From a virus, in IMG/VR virus record IMGVR_UViG_3300042922_000204: a stretch of 38,529 nucleotides of DNA; one strand, written 5' to 3'. The notes under the pieces were generated by a model, which was given only the letters and a program-made list of their open reading frames with translations, was not told where the DNA came from and ran no database searches. Position 1 is the first letter of the stretch; every line of letters starts with the position of its first letter. Positions 1-7,174 of this stretch are shown piece after piece. Both the position numbers and the translations under genes were made by a program.

Positions 1-125
1 TTTTAAGAAAAATTATATATAGAGTACCGCGGATTCTGAATAAAATGTTCAATAGATGAAAGGAATTGATAATTTGATTAATAAAGAAAAAATAAACAAT
101 ACACAAATAGCAATAAATCATTTAA
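1..125. repeat. Terminal overlap, copy 1 (identical to 38405..38529): circular closure of the contig or terminal redundancy
   Basis: Compared base by base by eye: 1-125 equals 38405-38529. It carries the last 22 nt of the 38142..38426 gene (stop at 20-22) and the first 70 nt of the 56..511 gene. Confidence 0.95.
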
Positions 126-511
126 AAGTAGGTAGTCAATCAATGATACATATAGATTTAGCAGTAAAAGCACTTGAAAAGCAGATGCCAAAAAAGGTAG
201 TAAATGAGGATTATTGTCCTATCTGTAACACCGATGGAAAAGATGATAATAATGTCCCTGGAGAGTATTGTCCTAATTGTGGTCAAAAGCTAGATTGGGA
301 AAAGTTAATTGATTTACCTTGTAAGATTGGTGACAAGGTAAAAGCTACTGTTTGCAGACCTTATAATAGGCATGAAGCATATATACATGGTGAAGTAGTT
401 GCAATATCTGAGGATAAAAAGATTATAAGGGTTTTATATAATGGGTGCAGAACAATTGATTTTTACGATACGGACTTTGGCAAAACTGTGTTTGTGGAAG
501 AAGAAAAATAA
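56..511 (+). CDS. Zinc-ribbon protein, paralogue A of a three-member family (function unknown)
   Basis: ORF track. Two CxxC pairs (CPICN, CPNCG). The C-terminal half is near-identical to 3453..3923. No SD lies before ATG56; TTG74 behind AAAGGA is an alternative start. Confidence 0.7.
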   Translation: MKGIDNLINKEKINNTQIAINHLKVGSQSMIHIDLAVKALEKQMPKKVVNEDYCPICNTDGKDDNNVPGEYCPNCGQKLDWEKLIDLPCKIGDKVKATVCRPYNRHEAYIHGEVVAISEDKKIIRVLYNGCRTIDFYDTDFGKTVFVEEEK

Positions 512-537
512 TTGCACATTTCAAATAAAATACGCAA
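269..537 (+). repeat. Direct repeat copy 1 (about 269 bp, roughly 90 percent identical to 3681..3948)
   Basis: Aligned by eye against 3681..3948. The repeat covers the 3-prime half of the CDS and runs about 25 nt past the stop (attTCAAATAAAAT). Confidence 0.9.
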
Positions 538-558
538 TAAAAAAGAGGTGATACAAAT

Positions 559-882
559 TTGGCAGAAAGAAGAATGACCAAAAGGCAAATAGCAATAAAA
601 GAAAGTGATTTACCATATTCATTTGGTTATAAAATTAGAAGTGCTTTTTACGGTAAACAGTGTCCAATATGTAACTCTAATATGTCGATAGATCGTGAGT
701 TTGGGATTAAAAATAGGATACCAACGATACAACATAATAAACCTATATCAAAAGGTGGTAAGCATAAATTAGGCAACATATCAGTTATTTGTAGACAATG
801 CAATGTAACGATAAAAGACAAAGAAACTGGATTTTTGAACGCTAAAGAGGTGATAAAAGTATGGCAGACGTTAAATGGATAA
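559..882 (+). CDS. HNH endonuclease
   Basis: CPICN ... IQHNKPISKGGKH ... CRQCN is an HNH/zinc-finger pattern. TTG start sits 8 nt after AGAGGTGA. Confidence 0.8.
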   Translation: MAERRMTKRQIAIKESDLPYSFGYKIRSAFYGKQCPICNSNMSIDREFGIKNRIPTIQHNKPISKGGKHKLGNISVICRQCNVTIKDKETGFLNAKEVIKVWQTLNG

Positions 883-1745
883 AGATTTATACAGATATGT
901 TAAGCAACAAGAAGATAAAACGCATCCGTAAAATGCCAGAAGGTAACAATGTGATATTGATTTGGGTATTCCTAATATCCGAAGCTGGAAAATGTAATAA
1001 AAATGGCGGCTTATTTTTAACCGACTTAATGCCGTTCAATGTTGATGATCTAGCTATTGAGTTTGATTTTGAGGTAGATGTTATAAGACTCGCTTTAAAC
1101 ATATTAGAAAAGTTTGAAATGATAGAAATCTTTGAAGATGTAATCTATATAAAGAACTGGGGAGAATACCAGAATATCGAAGGTATGGACAAGATTAGAG
1201 AACAAACAAGACTACGCAATGTTAAATATCGGCAAAAACAAAAACTATTAAATGACGTTAGCGTGACGTCACATGACGCAACAGAACTAGAAAAAGAACT
1301 AGAACTAGAAGAAGAGAAAGAAGAAGAGATAAAGAAACCTCCCCTTCCTTCTCCTAAAGAATTATCTATCGACTACAACAAGATCAAGGAAGACTTCAAC
1401 ATAAAGTGTACCAAACTTAATCCAATAACTACAATGACTACAAAGCGAAAACAATCAATACTGGCTAGAGTAAAAGAAAATGGAATCGAATCAATAGATA
1501 TAGTCTTTGAGAACTCAAGTAAAAGCAAATTCATGTCAGGAGATAACGACAGGAATTGGACAGCAACATTTGACTGGATTATGAAGCCCAGTAATTACAT
1601 AAAAGTCCTTGAAGGCAATTACAAAGATAAAGAAGCAACTACAAACAGTGGTCGCCTAGAAGATGTTTATAGTGATGATATGTTGGACGAGATAGAGAAA
1701 AAGGCGTTTGAAAAGCTAATGAGAGGGAGGGGTGAAGTTAAGTGA
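861..1745 (+). CDS. Phage replisome organizer (DnaD-like N-terminal domain plus conserved phage C-terminal domain)
   Basis: The N-terminus MADVKWIKIYTDMLSNKKIKRIRKMPEGN is the signature of Firmicute phage replisome organizers. An acidic linker is followed by C-terminal SKFMSGDNDRNWTATFDWI. Confidence 0.8.
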   Translation: MADVKWIKIYTDMLSNKKIKRIRKMPEGNNVILIWVFLISEAGKCNKNGGLFLTDLMPFNVDDLAIEFDFEVDVIRLALNILEKFEMIEIFEDVIYIKNWGEYQNIEGMDKIREQTRLRNVKYRQKQKLLNDVSVTSHDATELEKELELEEEKEEEIKKPPLPSPKELSIDYNKIKEDFNIKCTKLNPITTMTTKRKQSILARVKENGIESIDIVFENSSKSKFMSGDNDRNWTATFDWIMKPSNYIKVLEGNYKDKEATTNSGRLEDVYSDDMLDEIEKKAFEKLMRGRGEVK

Positions 1746-1915
1746 GGAAAGTTAGTCCGTGTCAATCATGCCACAAAGCACCTACAGGATGCCAAGAACA
1801 ACCTACTTGCAAAGCATTAAAGGACCACGAAGCTTCCAGGGATGCAATGTACAGAAACCGAAGTTTGGACAAGAGTCGCAACTATAGAGATTTAAAGAGG
1901 GTGGGTAGATGGTAA
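1742..1915 (+). CDS. Small Cys-rich hypothetical protein (57 aa)
   Basis: Translated by hand. GTG overlaps the stop of the upstream gene (aaGTGA). Sequence is VRKVSPCQSCHKAPTGCQEQPTCK... It fills a gap otherwise covered only by an antisense ORF. Confidence 0.45.
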   Translation: MRKVSPCQSCHKAPTGCQEQPTCKALKDHEASRDAMYRNRSLDKSRNYRDLKRVGRW

Positions 1916-2016
1916 CATTCGTAGAAGTAATAAAAGTGGTAGCAGTATCACTCTTGATAATTAGTTCGATAGGTCCAATTTTAATGTTTATAGCCATGAG
2001 GAGGGAAAAGAAATGA
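1909..2016 (+). CDS. Small membrane protein (35 aa)
   Basis: Translated by hand: MVTFVEVIKVVAVSLLIISSIGPILMFIAMRREKK, one TM helix. It overlaps both neighbouring genes (ATGGTAA and ATGA). Confidence 0.4.
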   Translation: MVTFVEVIKVVAVSLLIISSIGPILMFIAMRREKK

Positions 2017-2240
2017 AATTAATATTAAAAAGATTATTAGGACGTTGTGTATCTCGTGGTTGCAAAGATAAGTTTAAAATTCACGTGGATATAATTGTTG
2101 AAGGAAAACACATAAAAAGAACTCTTTGCAATAAACATTATGCTGAATTAATGCAAATTATGGAAAGTGGCACAAGAGTAGAAGAAATATCTAAAAAAGT
2201 CACTTTGCATATGAAGGATGTAATAGATGGTAGGGATTAG
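2013..2240 (+). CDS. Hypothetical protein
   Basis: ORF track. ATG behind GAGGAGGG. Same strand and tight packing with neighbours. Confidence 0.6.
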   Translation: MKLILKRLLGRCVSRGCKDKFKIHVDIIVEGKHIKRTLCNKHYAELMQIMESGTRVEEISKKVTLHMKDVIDGRD

Positions 2241-2499
2241 TATATTCTGGCTCGTAGCAATAGTAGTGATCATCTTATGGTTTATGGCAAGAGGTAAGTT
2301 AGGTAGCGACTATATATACACAGAGAAAGAAATGGAAGAACAAAAGCGACGAGGCGACAACTGGAAAACTATGTATCTGGATGAAAAAAATAAAAAGAAC
2401 AGAGAACACCAAAGAGAATTAGATGATTTTGTTAATCATTATGAAGAGACTATTCTCCTGCTCAAACAAAGCTACGAAAATAAACTAAAGAAGGTGTAA
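2227..2499 (+). CDS. Hypothetical membrane-anchored protein
   Basis: ORF track. N-terminal TM segment ISIFWLVAIVVIILWFMA followed by a charged coiled region. Confidence 0.6.
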   Translation: MVGISIFWLVAIVVIILWFMARGKLGSDYIYTEKEMEEQKRRGDNWKTMYLDEKNKKNREHQRELDDFVNHYEETILLLKQSYENKLKKV

Positions 2500-2501
2500 C
2501 T

Positions 2502-2693
2502 ATGGGAATAAAAATATTCGAAGGAAAAGGAAACAATGAAAATGAAGTAAATGAATGGTTAAAAGAAAATCCTAGTATAAAAGTCCAAAATGTAAATATG
2601 TGTCCCATGTTAGACAGGTATTCATATGGAAATGGTGATATATGCAATCAATGGGTAGCAACAATTGTAATTTACACAGGAGGTAATGAATGA
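2502..2693 (+). CDS. Hypothetical protein
   Basis: ORF track. ATG behind GAAGGTG. The antisense ORF 2462..2647 is rejected. Confidence 0.6.
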   Translation: MGIKIFEGKGNNENEVNEWLKENPSIKVQNVNMCPMLDRYSYGNGDICNQWVATIVIYTGGNE

Positions 2694-3055
2694 GAATAGT
2701 AATACCAGGTAGACCTATCCCATATGTCAGGATGACTCAACGAGGTAAATATGTAAAAAAGAACGCTCAAAGATATCTAGCGTACAAAGATATAGTAGGA
2801 TATACCGCCAAAACCTCAAATATCCACGTGAGCGATAAGAAAATAAAGATTAGTGTATTTATATACCTAAATGGCAAAAAGACTCCTATGGGGATGGATG
2901 GAGATTCAGATAATTACCTAAAAACCGCCTGTGATTCTCTTAATGGGATTGCTTACATAGATGATCGGCAAATAACCGAAGCTCATGTTTGGAAATACCC
3001 TTGCCAAAAGGATGAGGAACGAATGGAAATATTCATAGGAGAGGTGGAAAACTAA
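2690..3055 (+). CDS. rusA: RusA-family Holliday junction resolvase
   Basis: IVIPGRPIPYVRMTQRG ... GDSDNYLKTACDSLNGIAYIDDRQI matches the RusA endodeoxyribonuclease pattern. Size (121 aa) fits. Confidence 0.85.
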   Translation: MRIVIPGRPIPYVRMTQRGKYVKKNAQRYLAYKDIVGYTAKTSNIHVSDKKIKISVFIYLNGKKTPMGMDGDSDNYLKTACDSLNGIAYIDDRQITEAHVWKYPCQKDEERMEIFIGEVEN

Positions 3056-3420
3056 TGGTAATATGCCCTGAATGTGGAAAAGAGTTCAAACGAATAAATC
3101 GAAAGTACAAAACTTGTTCTCCTGAGTGTGCGAAAGTAAGACGAATAAAGTTGCTTAAAGAAAGTGACGAAAGACGAAGCAACAGAAATAGAAAAGGCAC
3201 TGGGATTAAATCAGACAAAGAAGTTGATACAAGTAATGCGATCAATATAGACAAGCTAAGGAAAAATTTCGAGGTTGGAGAACCAGTGAAGGTGATGCAC
3301 GAAAAGGAATTGAGGAAAGGAAAAGTTGTGACGTGTTATCCTCATTGCGTAAAGGTGAAGCTTAAGAATTATGATATGTGTTTCGGGTATGACGAGGTTA
3401 TGAGGTACCGCGGAATGTGA
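3055..3420 (+). CDS. Zinc-ribbon hypothetical protein
   Basis: ORF track. N-terminal CPECG...CSPEC, a basic middle, then a C-terminal SH3/KOW-like segment. Confidence 0.6.
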   Translation: MVICPECGKEFKRINRKYKTCSPECAKVRRIKLLKESDERRSNRNRKGTGIKSDKEVDTSNAINIDKLRKNFEVGEPVKVMHEKELRKGKVVTCYPHCVKVKLKNYDMCFGYDEVMRYRGM

Positions 3421-3452
3421 AGAAAGTATGCAATAAATAAGGGGGAACTTAA

Positions 3453-3923
3453 ATGGGAGATAGTATAGAAACAATATTCTTACAAGTTGAACTTCAAAAG
3501 AATGGGATTATGAGAATGCCAAGCACAGGAATAATTATTGGAAGATTATCAGAAGATGAAGAAGTTAGTTTTGAGAAACTATCTAAGTTTAAAATTGAAA
3601 AGAAAAAAGTAAATGGGTTAGATTGTTGTCCTATTTGTGATACGTACGGCAAAGATGAAGATGGGCAAGCAGGAGATTTCTGCCCTAATTGTGGTCAAGA
3701 ATTAGATTGGGAAAAGTTAATTGATTCACCTTGTAAAATTGGTGACAAGGTAAAAGCAACTGTTTGCAGACCTTATAATGGGCATGAAGCATATATACAT
3801 GGTGAAGTAGTTGCAATATTTGAGGATAAAAAGATTATAAGGGTTTTATACAGCGGATGCAAAATAATTGATTTCTACTATACAGACTTTGGCAAAACTG
3901 TGTTTGTGGAAGAAGAAAAATAA
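3453..3923 (+). CDS. Zinc-ribbon protein, paralogue B (function unknown)
   Basis: ORF track. CPICD/CPNCG zinc ribbon. The C-terminal 85 aa are almost identical to those of 56..511. ATG behind AAGGGGGA. Confidence 0.75.
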   Translation: MGDSIETIFLQVELQKNGIMRMPSTGIIIGRLSEDEEVSFEKLSKFKIEKKKVNGLDCCPICDTYGKDEDGQAGDFCPNCGQELDWEKLIDSPCKIGDKVKATVCRPYNGHEAYIHGEVVAIFEDKKIIRVLYSGCKIIDFYYTDFGKTVFVEEEK

Positions 3924-3948
3924 TTGAAGATTTCAAATAAAATCCGCA
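3681..3948 (+). repeat. Direct repeat copy 2 (partner of 269..537)
   Basis: Same alignment as copy 1. Weaker similarity extends upstream to about 3626 (partner about 212). Confidence 0.9.
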
Positions 3949-3976
3949 CCAAACAAAATAAGAAGGAGTGAATCAT

Positions 3977-4162
3977 TTGAAATTTAATACAGATTATAAT
4001 CAAGTACATAAAATAATAGACAGGCTAGAAATAACTGGTGGCTACTGTCCTTGTATACCGCCAAATGAATACAACAAAGATACTGAGTGTCCTTGTAAAG
4101 ATTCAAAGGAAAAGAAAGAATGCCATTGTGGGTTGCTTATCAAGAAAGAGGTGGAAATATGA
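3977..4162 (+). CDS. Mini ferredoxin-thioredoxin reductase catalytic-subunit-like protein (CPC/CPC/CHC iron-sulfur motif)
   Basis: GGYCPCIPP...ECPCKDSKEKKECHCGLL reproduces the CPC-Xn-CPC-Xn-CHC signature of the FTR catalytic chain. TTG3977 lies 7 nt after AAGGAG (the track starts at GTG3968). The stop overlaps the thyX ATG. Confidence 0.65.
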   Translation: MKFNTDYNQVHKIIDRLEITGGYCPCIPPNEYNKDTECPCKDSKEKKECHCGLLIKKEVEI

Positions 4163-4845
4163 AAGTAGTATTAGCAAATGTAACTCCAAACCCAATAGAA
4201 GCAATCTACAAAGCCTATAAGATCTGTTACAGTTCCAATTCTCCAACTAACATAAAAGCTCCAAGTGAAGATAAGATGATTGAGTTTATCAAGCCTAAAA
4301 TGGGGCATACAACACCACTAGAACAAGCTGAGGTAACTTTCTATATCGAAGGAGTTTCAAGGGCGTTAACACATCAATTAGTTAGGCATAGAACAGCGAA
4401 TATTAATCAGCAGAGCCAAAGATATGTAGAATTAGGGCAATTTGAATATGTGATACCGCCAGAGATAGCAAAAGACGAAATTGCAAAAGATTTTTTTCTC
4501 AAAATTATGGAAGCAGACTGGTTAGCTTATGAATTAATAACTAATAGATTACAAACTAGATATATGTACGATGGCGTGAAGGCAACTGAAGCTAATAAAA
4601 AAGCTATCGAAGATGCAAGGTACGTCTTACCCAATGCTTGCACCTCAAATATCATCTTTAAGATAGATCTACATAATTTTAGGAACTTCTATAGACAGAG
4701 AAATTGCAAACATGCTCAATGGGAGATACAAGGCTTGGCAAGGGAAATGATGAGGTTGGTTAAAGAGGTTATACCATTTGCAAATTACAAGGTTATGAAT
4801 TGCGGAGTGACTTGTTGGGATTGCTTAGAGGAGGTGGAACAATGA
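4159..4845 (+). CDS. thyX: FAD-dependent thymidylate synthase ThyX
   Basis: ThyX motif LVRHRTANINQQSQRY (RHRxxSxxxxSxR). ATG4159 lies behind GAGGTGG. The track start 4120 lies inside the upstream gene. Confidence 0.9.
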   Translation: MKVVLANVTPNPIEAIYKAYKICYSSNSPTNIKAPSEDKMIEFIKPKMGHTTPLEQAEVTFYIEGVSRALTHQLVRHRTANINQQSQRYVELGQFEYVIPPEIAKDEIAKDFFLKIMEADWLAYELITNRLQTRYMYDGVKATEANKKAIEDARYVLPNACTSNIIFKIDLHNFRNFYRQRNCKHAQWEIQGLAREMMRLVKEVIPFANYKVMNCGVTCWDCLEEVEQ

Positions 4846-5003
4846 AATTTAAACAGAAAATGAAAATACTCAATGAGTTAGACCAAATATACAAAACTAA
4901 AAAACGCCCAATACACAATATGGTTATCGCGAGTGCGAATAAAGATTTTAAGTTTTATGTGAAAGTTTTGGAAAATGCAAGAAAGCAAAATAGGGGGAAT
5001 TAG
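4842..5003 (+). CDS. Hypothetical protein (53 aa)
   Basis: ATG4842 behind GGAGGTGG overlaps the thyX stop (ATGA). In frame with track ORF 4800..5003. Confidence 0.55.
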   Translation: MKFKQKMKILNELDQIYKTKKRPIHNMVIASANKDFKFYVKVLENARKQNRGN

Positions 5004-5006
5004 ATA

Positions 5007-5198
5007 ATGAATAAATATCTAGCAGTAATAACAACGGTTTTAGTGGCAACACAAATAATTAGGGTGATACAAAACGCGATGCAACTCAAAAAGGTTGGTA
5101 GTACTTACGAAGAACATCGAATGGTTATAAAAACATATGACAAATTAAATATAGTTTTAGATTCAAAAATAGAAGAAATGGGAGTTGATCGTTATTAA
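5007..5198 (+). CDS. Small membrane protein
   Basis: ORF track. N-terminal TM helix YLAVITTVLVATQIIRVI. ATG behind AGGGGGA. Confidence 0.6.
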   Translation: MNKYLAVITTVLVATQIIRVIQNAMQLKKVGSTYEEHRMVIKTYDKLNIVLDSKIEEMGVDRY

Positions 5199-5610
5199 TA
5201 AGGTTGTATTAGTAGGAAGATTAACTAAGGATCCTGAACTCAAATATACTGGACAAGGAACGCCAGTAGCGAGTTTCACACTAGCAGTGAACCGAAGATT
5301 CAAAAGCAAAACAGGGGACACGGATGCAGATTTCATCCCAATAGTAGCATGGGGCAATCAAGGAGAGAACACAGCTAAGTATTGTGCTAAAGGTAGTCAA
5401 ATTGCAGTATATGGAAGATTACAAGTAAGGAATTATCAGGCTAATGATGGGACAAAGAGATATGTAACAGAGGTTATCGCTGAGGAGATTACATTCTTAG
5501 GTAGTAAGAGCGATAACCGAGATATAAGTAACAATGTAAACATACAACATTCACCGCCAGTAGATGATTTTTATCCGATGGAAGAGGAAGATGACGATCT
5601 CCCATTCTGA
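5185..5610 (+). CDS. ssb: Single-stranded DNA-binding protein
   Basis: INKVVLVGRLTKDPELKYT OB-fold N-terminus and acidic tail DDDLPF. TTG5185 abuts the SD GGGAG with zero spacing. ATT5194 (9 nt spacing) gives the canonical SSB N-terminus. Confidence 0.9.
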   Translation: MIVINKVVLVGRLTKDPELKYTGQGTPVASFTLAVNRRFKSKTGDTDADFIPIVAWGNQGENTAKYCAKGSQIAVYGRLQVRNYQANDGTKRYVTEVIAEEITFLGSKSDNRDISNNVNIQHSPPVDDFYPMEEEDDDLPF

Positions 5611-5650
5611 GTTGATATGGGTTATTAATAAATTATAGAGGGGTGAGGTT

Positions 5651-5740
5651 GTGAGTAAATTTGATTATTGTGATTTCTCAGGTGGACAAGATTTTGAATT
5701 TGTAGCTCATGCAAAAAAAAGTTTACAAAACAAGAAGTAG
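5651..5740 (+). CDS. Small ORF (29 aa), possibly the 5-prime part of a frameshifted gene
   Basis: GTG behind GAGGGGTGAGG. Contains an A8 run at 5713-5720. The stop TAG overlaps the GTG of the next ORF. Confidence 0.35.
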   Translation: MSKFDYCDFSGGQDFEFVAHAKKSLQNKK

Positions 5741-5961
5741 TGGATATTTGTTTAGAACATTGGGAGTATAGGTTTAGAAAAGAATTGTACAAGAAACCTA
5801 CCGTGGATGATGTAAAAGAAGAAACAGTAAGATGGTATGTGAAAATCCCTGAATTTTGCGGATATGATGGTGAAGGCGGTTGTTATTCATACTGTGACAA
5901 AGGTGAAAGAGGTAGTTTTCCAGTATGGGTAATAATGTTTGAAAATTTAACTATACACTGA
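5740..5961 (+). CDS. Hypothetical Cys-rich protein
   Basis: ORF track (GTG start, no SD of its own). Its frame is open upstream to 5698, i.e. across the A8 run. Confidence 0.5.
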   Translation: MDICLEHWEYRFRKELYKKPTVDDVKEETVRWYVKIPEFCGYDGEGGCYSYCDKGERGSFPVWVIMFENLTIH

Positions 5962-6065
5962 TGTAAAAACCCTTTACATATAAAAAACAAGCAAAAATAT
6001 ATTGAAAAATATGTTGTTTGGCACGGCAGTTTCGGCTTGTTCTGCCCAAGAAAGGATAATGAGAA

Positions 6066-6368
6066 ATGGAGATAAAAGAAGCGATAGAAGCCTTAAATAA
6101 TACAAAGTATTTTATTAAAAATCCAAATGAATCTAAAGCTAGAAAATTAGCAATAGAATCACTTGAAAAGCAGATACCTAAGAAACCAACTATAAAATCT
6201 TTTAAAGACATAATGAGAATGATGGTGGTCCAAAAAGTTATTTGTCCCAATTGTGGCGAGTACATAACTATGATTGAATTTGAGACAGAGAAGAAAAGAA
6301 TATTTGAAAATCATAAGAGTGTTAAACATTGTGATTGTGGTCAAAAACTCAACTGGGATGTCGAATAA
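6066..6368 (+). CDS. Zinc-ribbon protein, distant third member of the 56..511 family
   Basis: Shares LEKQIPKKP ... CPNCG ... CGQKLNWD with 56..511 (LEKQMPKK ... CPNCGQKLDWE). Confidence 0.65.
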   Translation: MEIKEAIEALNNTKYFIKNPNESKARKLAIESLEKQIPKKPTIKSFKDIMRMMVVQKVICPNCGEYITMIEFETEKKRIFENHKSVKHCDCGQKLNWDVE

Positions 6369-6475
6369 TGGAAGAAGAACTTTGCCCAAGATGTAACACA
6401 AGATATAAGAGTATACACTTGCCAGTCTGCCCTAGATGTGAAAATGAGATAGCGAAGGAGAGTGAAGAAGAGTGA
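6368..6475 (+). CDS. Small zinc-ribbon protein (35 aa)
   Basis: Translated by hand: MEEELCPRCNTRYKSIHLPVCPRCENEIAKESEEE. Start overlaps the upstream stop (TAATG); its stop overlaps the next start (GTGA). Confidence 0.5.
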   Translation: MEEELCPRCNTRYKSIHLPVCPRCENEIAKESEEE

Positions 6476-6801
6476 CTGATATAGAAACGATGATAGAAGA
6501 TTTGATAATCGTAGAATTGGCGTACGCTAATGAAAAGCATGGAGAAAAATTCCACTCTCCTCATGAGTGCTATGCAGTGATAAAAGAAGAAGTTGAAGAA
6601 GTAGAAGAAGAGTTTAAACAAATTAAAATTAAACTTGAATGTATGTGGGGATTTATAAAAGAAGATGAGACCGATTCTTGTGGGATGCAGTACGAAATGG
6701 AATATATGAAAGATGCCACAATTAACCTAATCAAAGAAGCTATACAAGTTGCTGCAATGATAGAAAAGTATGAGAGAAGTTTCGGGGAGGAAGTAAAGTG
6801 A
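6472..6801 (+). CDS. Hypothetical all-alpha acidic protein (possibly MazG-like NTP pyrophosphohydrolase)
   Basis: ORF track. NEKHGEKFHSPHECYAVIKEEVEEVEEE resembles phage MazG-like proteins. This is recognition by pattern only. Confidence 0.55.
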   Translation: MTDIETMIEDLIIVELAYANEKHGEKFHSPHECYAVIKEEVEEVEEEFKQIKIKLECMWGFIKEDETDSCGMQYEMEYMKDATINLIKEAIQVAAMIEKYERSFGEEVK

Positions 6802-7016
6802 AAATAATCACGGATATTGTAGAAATGTTTTTCATGCAACTTATCATAAGTCAAAGAATGAAACTTATAAAAAAGAGTGAAAAAAGAATTAATAAGCTAA
6901 GGTGTAAATTTAATGCCGAAGTATCATATAGGGAATGGCTTTTAAAAGATGCAAGGGCAATGATGGAAAAGATTAAGAAGTTTGAATTGAAATCTGGGAG
7001 GAAGGATGATGAATAA
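6798..7016 (+). CDS. Hypothetical protein
   Basis: ORF track. GTG behind GGGGAGGAAG. Confidence 0.5.
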   Translation: MKIITDIVEMFFMQLIISQRMKLIKKSEKRINKLRCKFNAEVSYREWLLKDARAMMEKIKKFELKSGRKDDE

Positions 7017-7161
7017 ACGTCAAGCCAAGAAGAGTAGGAATAAGATTCCTTACATAGTGGCGGATTATTCAAACAATGGCGGATATACAGTAATAACTCA
7101 GTATAAAAGAATAAACGGTGAAGTTAAAGTGGTTAAGTGTGAAGTAACTAAAAATCAATAA
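7006..7161 (+). CDS. Small hypothetical protein (51 aa)
   Basis: Translated by hand: MMNKRQAKKSRNKIPYIVADYSNNGGYTVITQYKRINGEVKVVKCEVTKNQ. ATG behind GGGAGGAAGG. Fills a gap in the track. Confidence 0.5.
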   Translation: MMNKRQAKKSRNKIPYIVADYSNNGGYTVITQYKRINGEVKVVKCEVTKNQ

Positions 7162-7174
7162 GGGGGATAACTCA

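Noticed and set aside
269-537. Possibility that the two 270-bp repeats are a template/variable repeat pair of a diversity-generating retroelement
   Set aside because: The window has no reverse transcriptase. The mismatches involve all four bases in both directions rather than adenine-specific substitutions.
1803-1997. 64-aa minus-strand ORF in the gap after the replisome organizer
   Set aside because: The gap is better explained by two overlapping, translationally coupled plus-strand small ORFs (1742..1915 and 1909..2016). Every other gene in this region is on the plus strand.
4038-4220. 60-aa ORF overlapping the FTR-like gene and the thyX start; the track start of thyX at 4120
   Set aside because: It is an alternative frame across two recognisable genes. 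ThyX has a proper SD and ATG at 4159, and the residues encoded upstream of it are not ThyX-like.
5951-7072. Series of minus-strand ORFs (5951..6265, 6159..6401, 6349..6621, 6570..6854, 6851..7072) in the early region
   Set aside because: They are antisense to a tightly packed array of plus-strand genes with SD sites and overlapping stop/start codons. Their Phe/Ser/Ile-rich translations are typical of AT-rich antisense frames.
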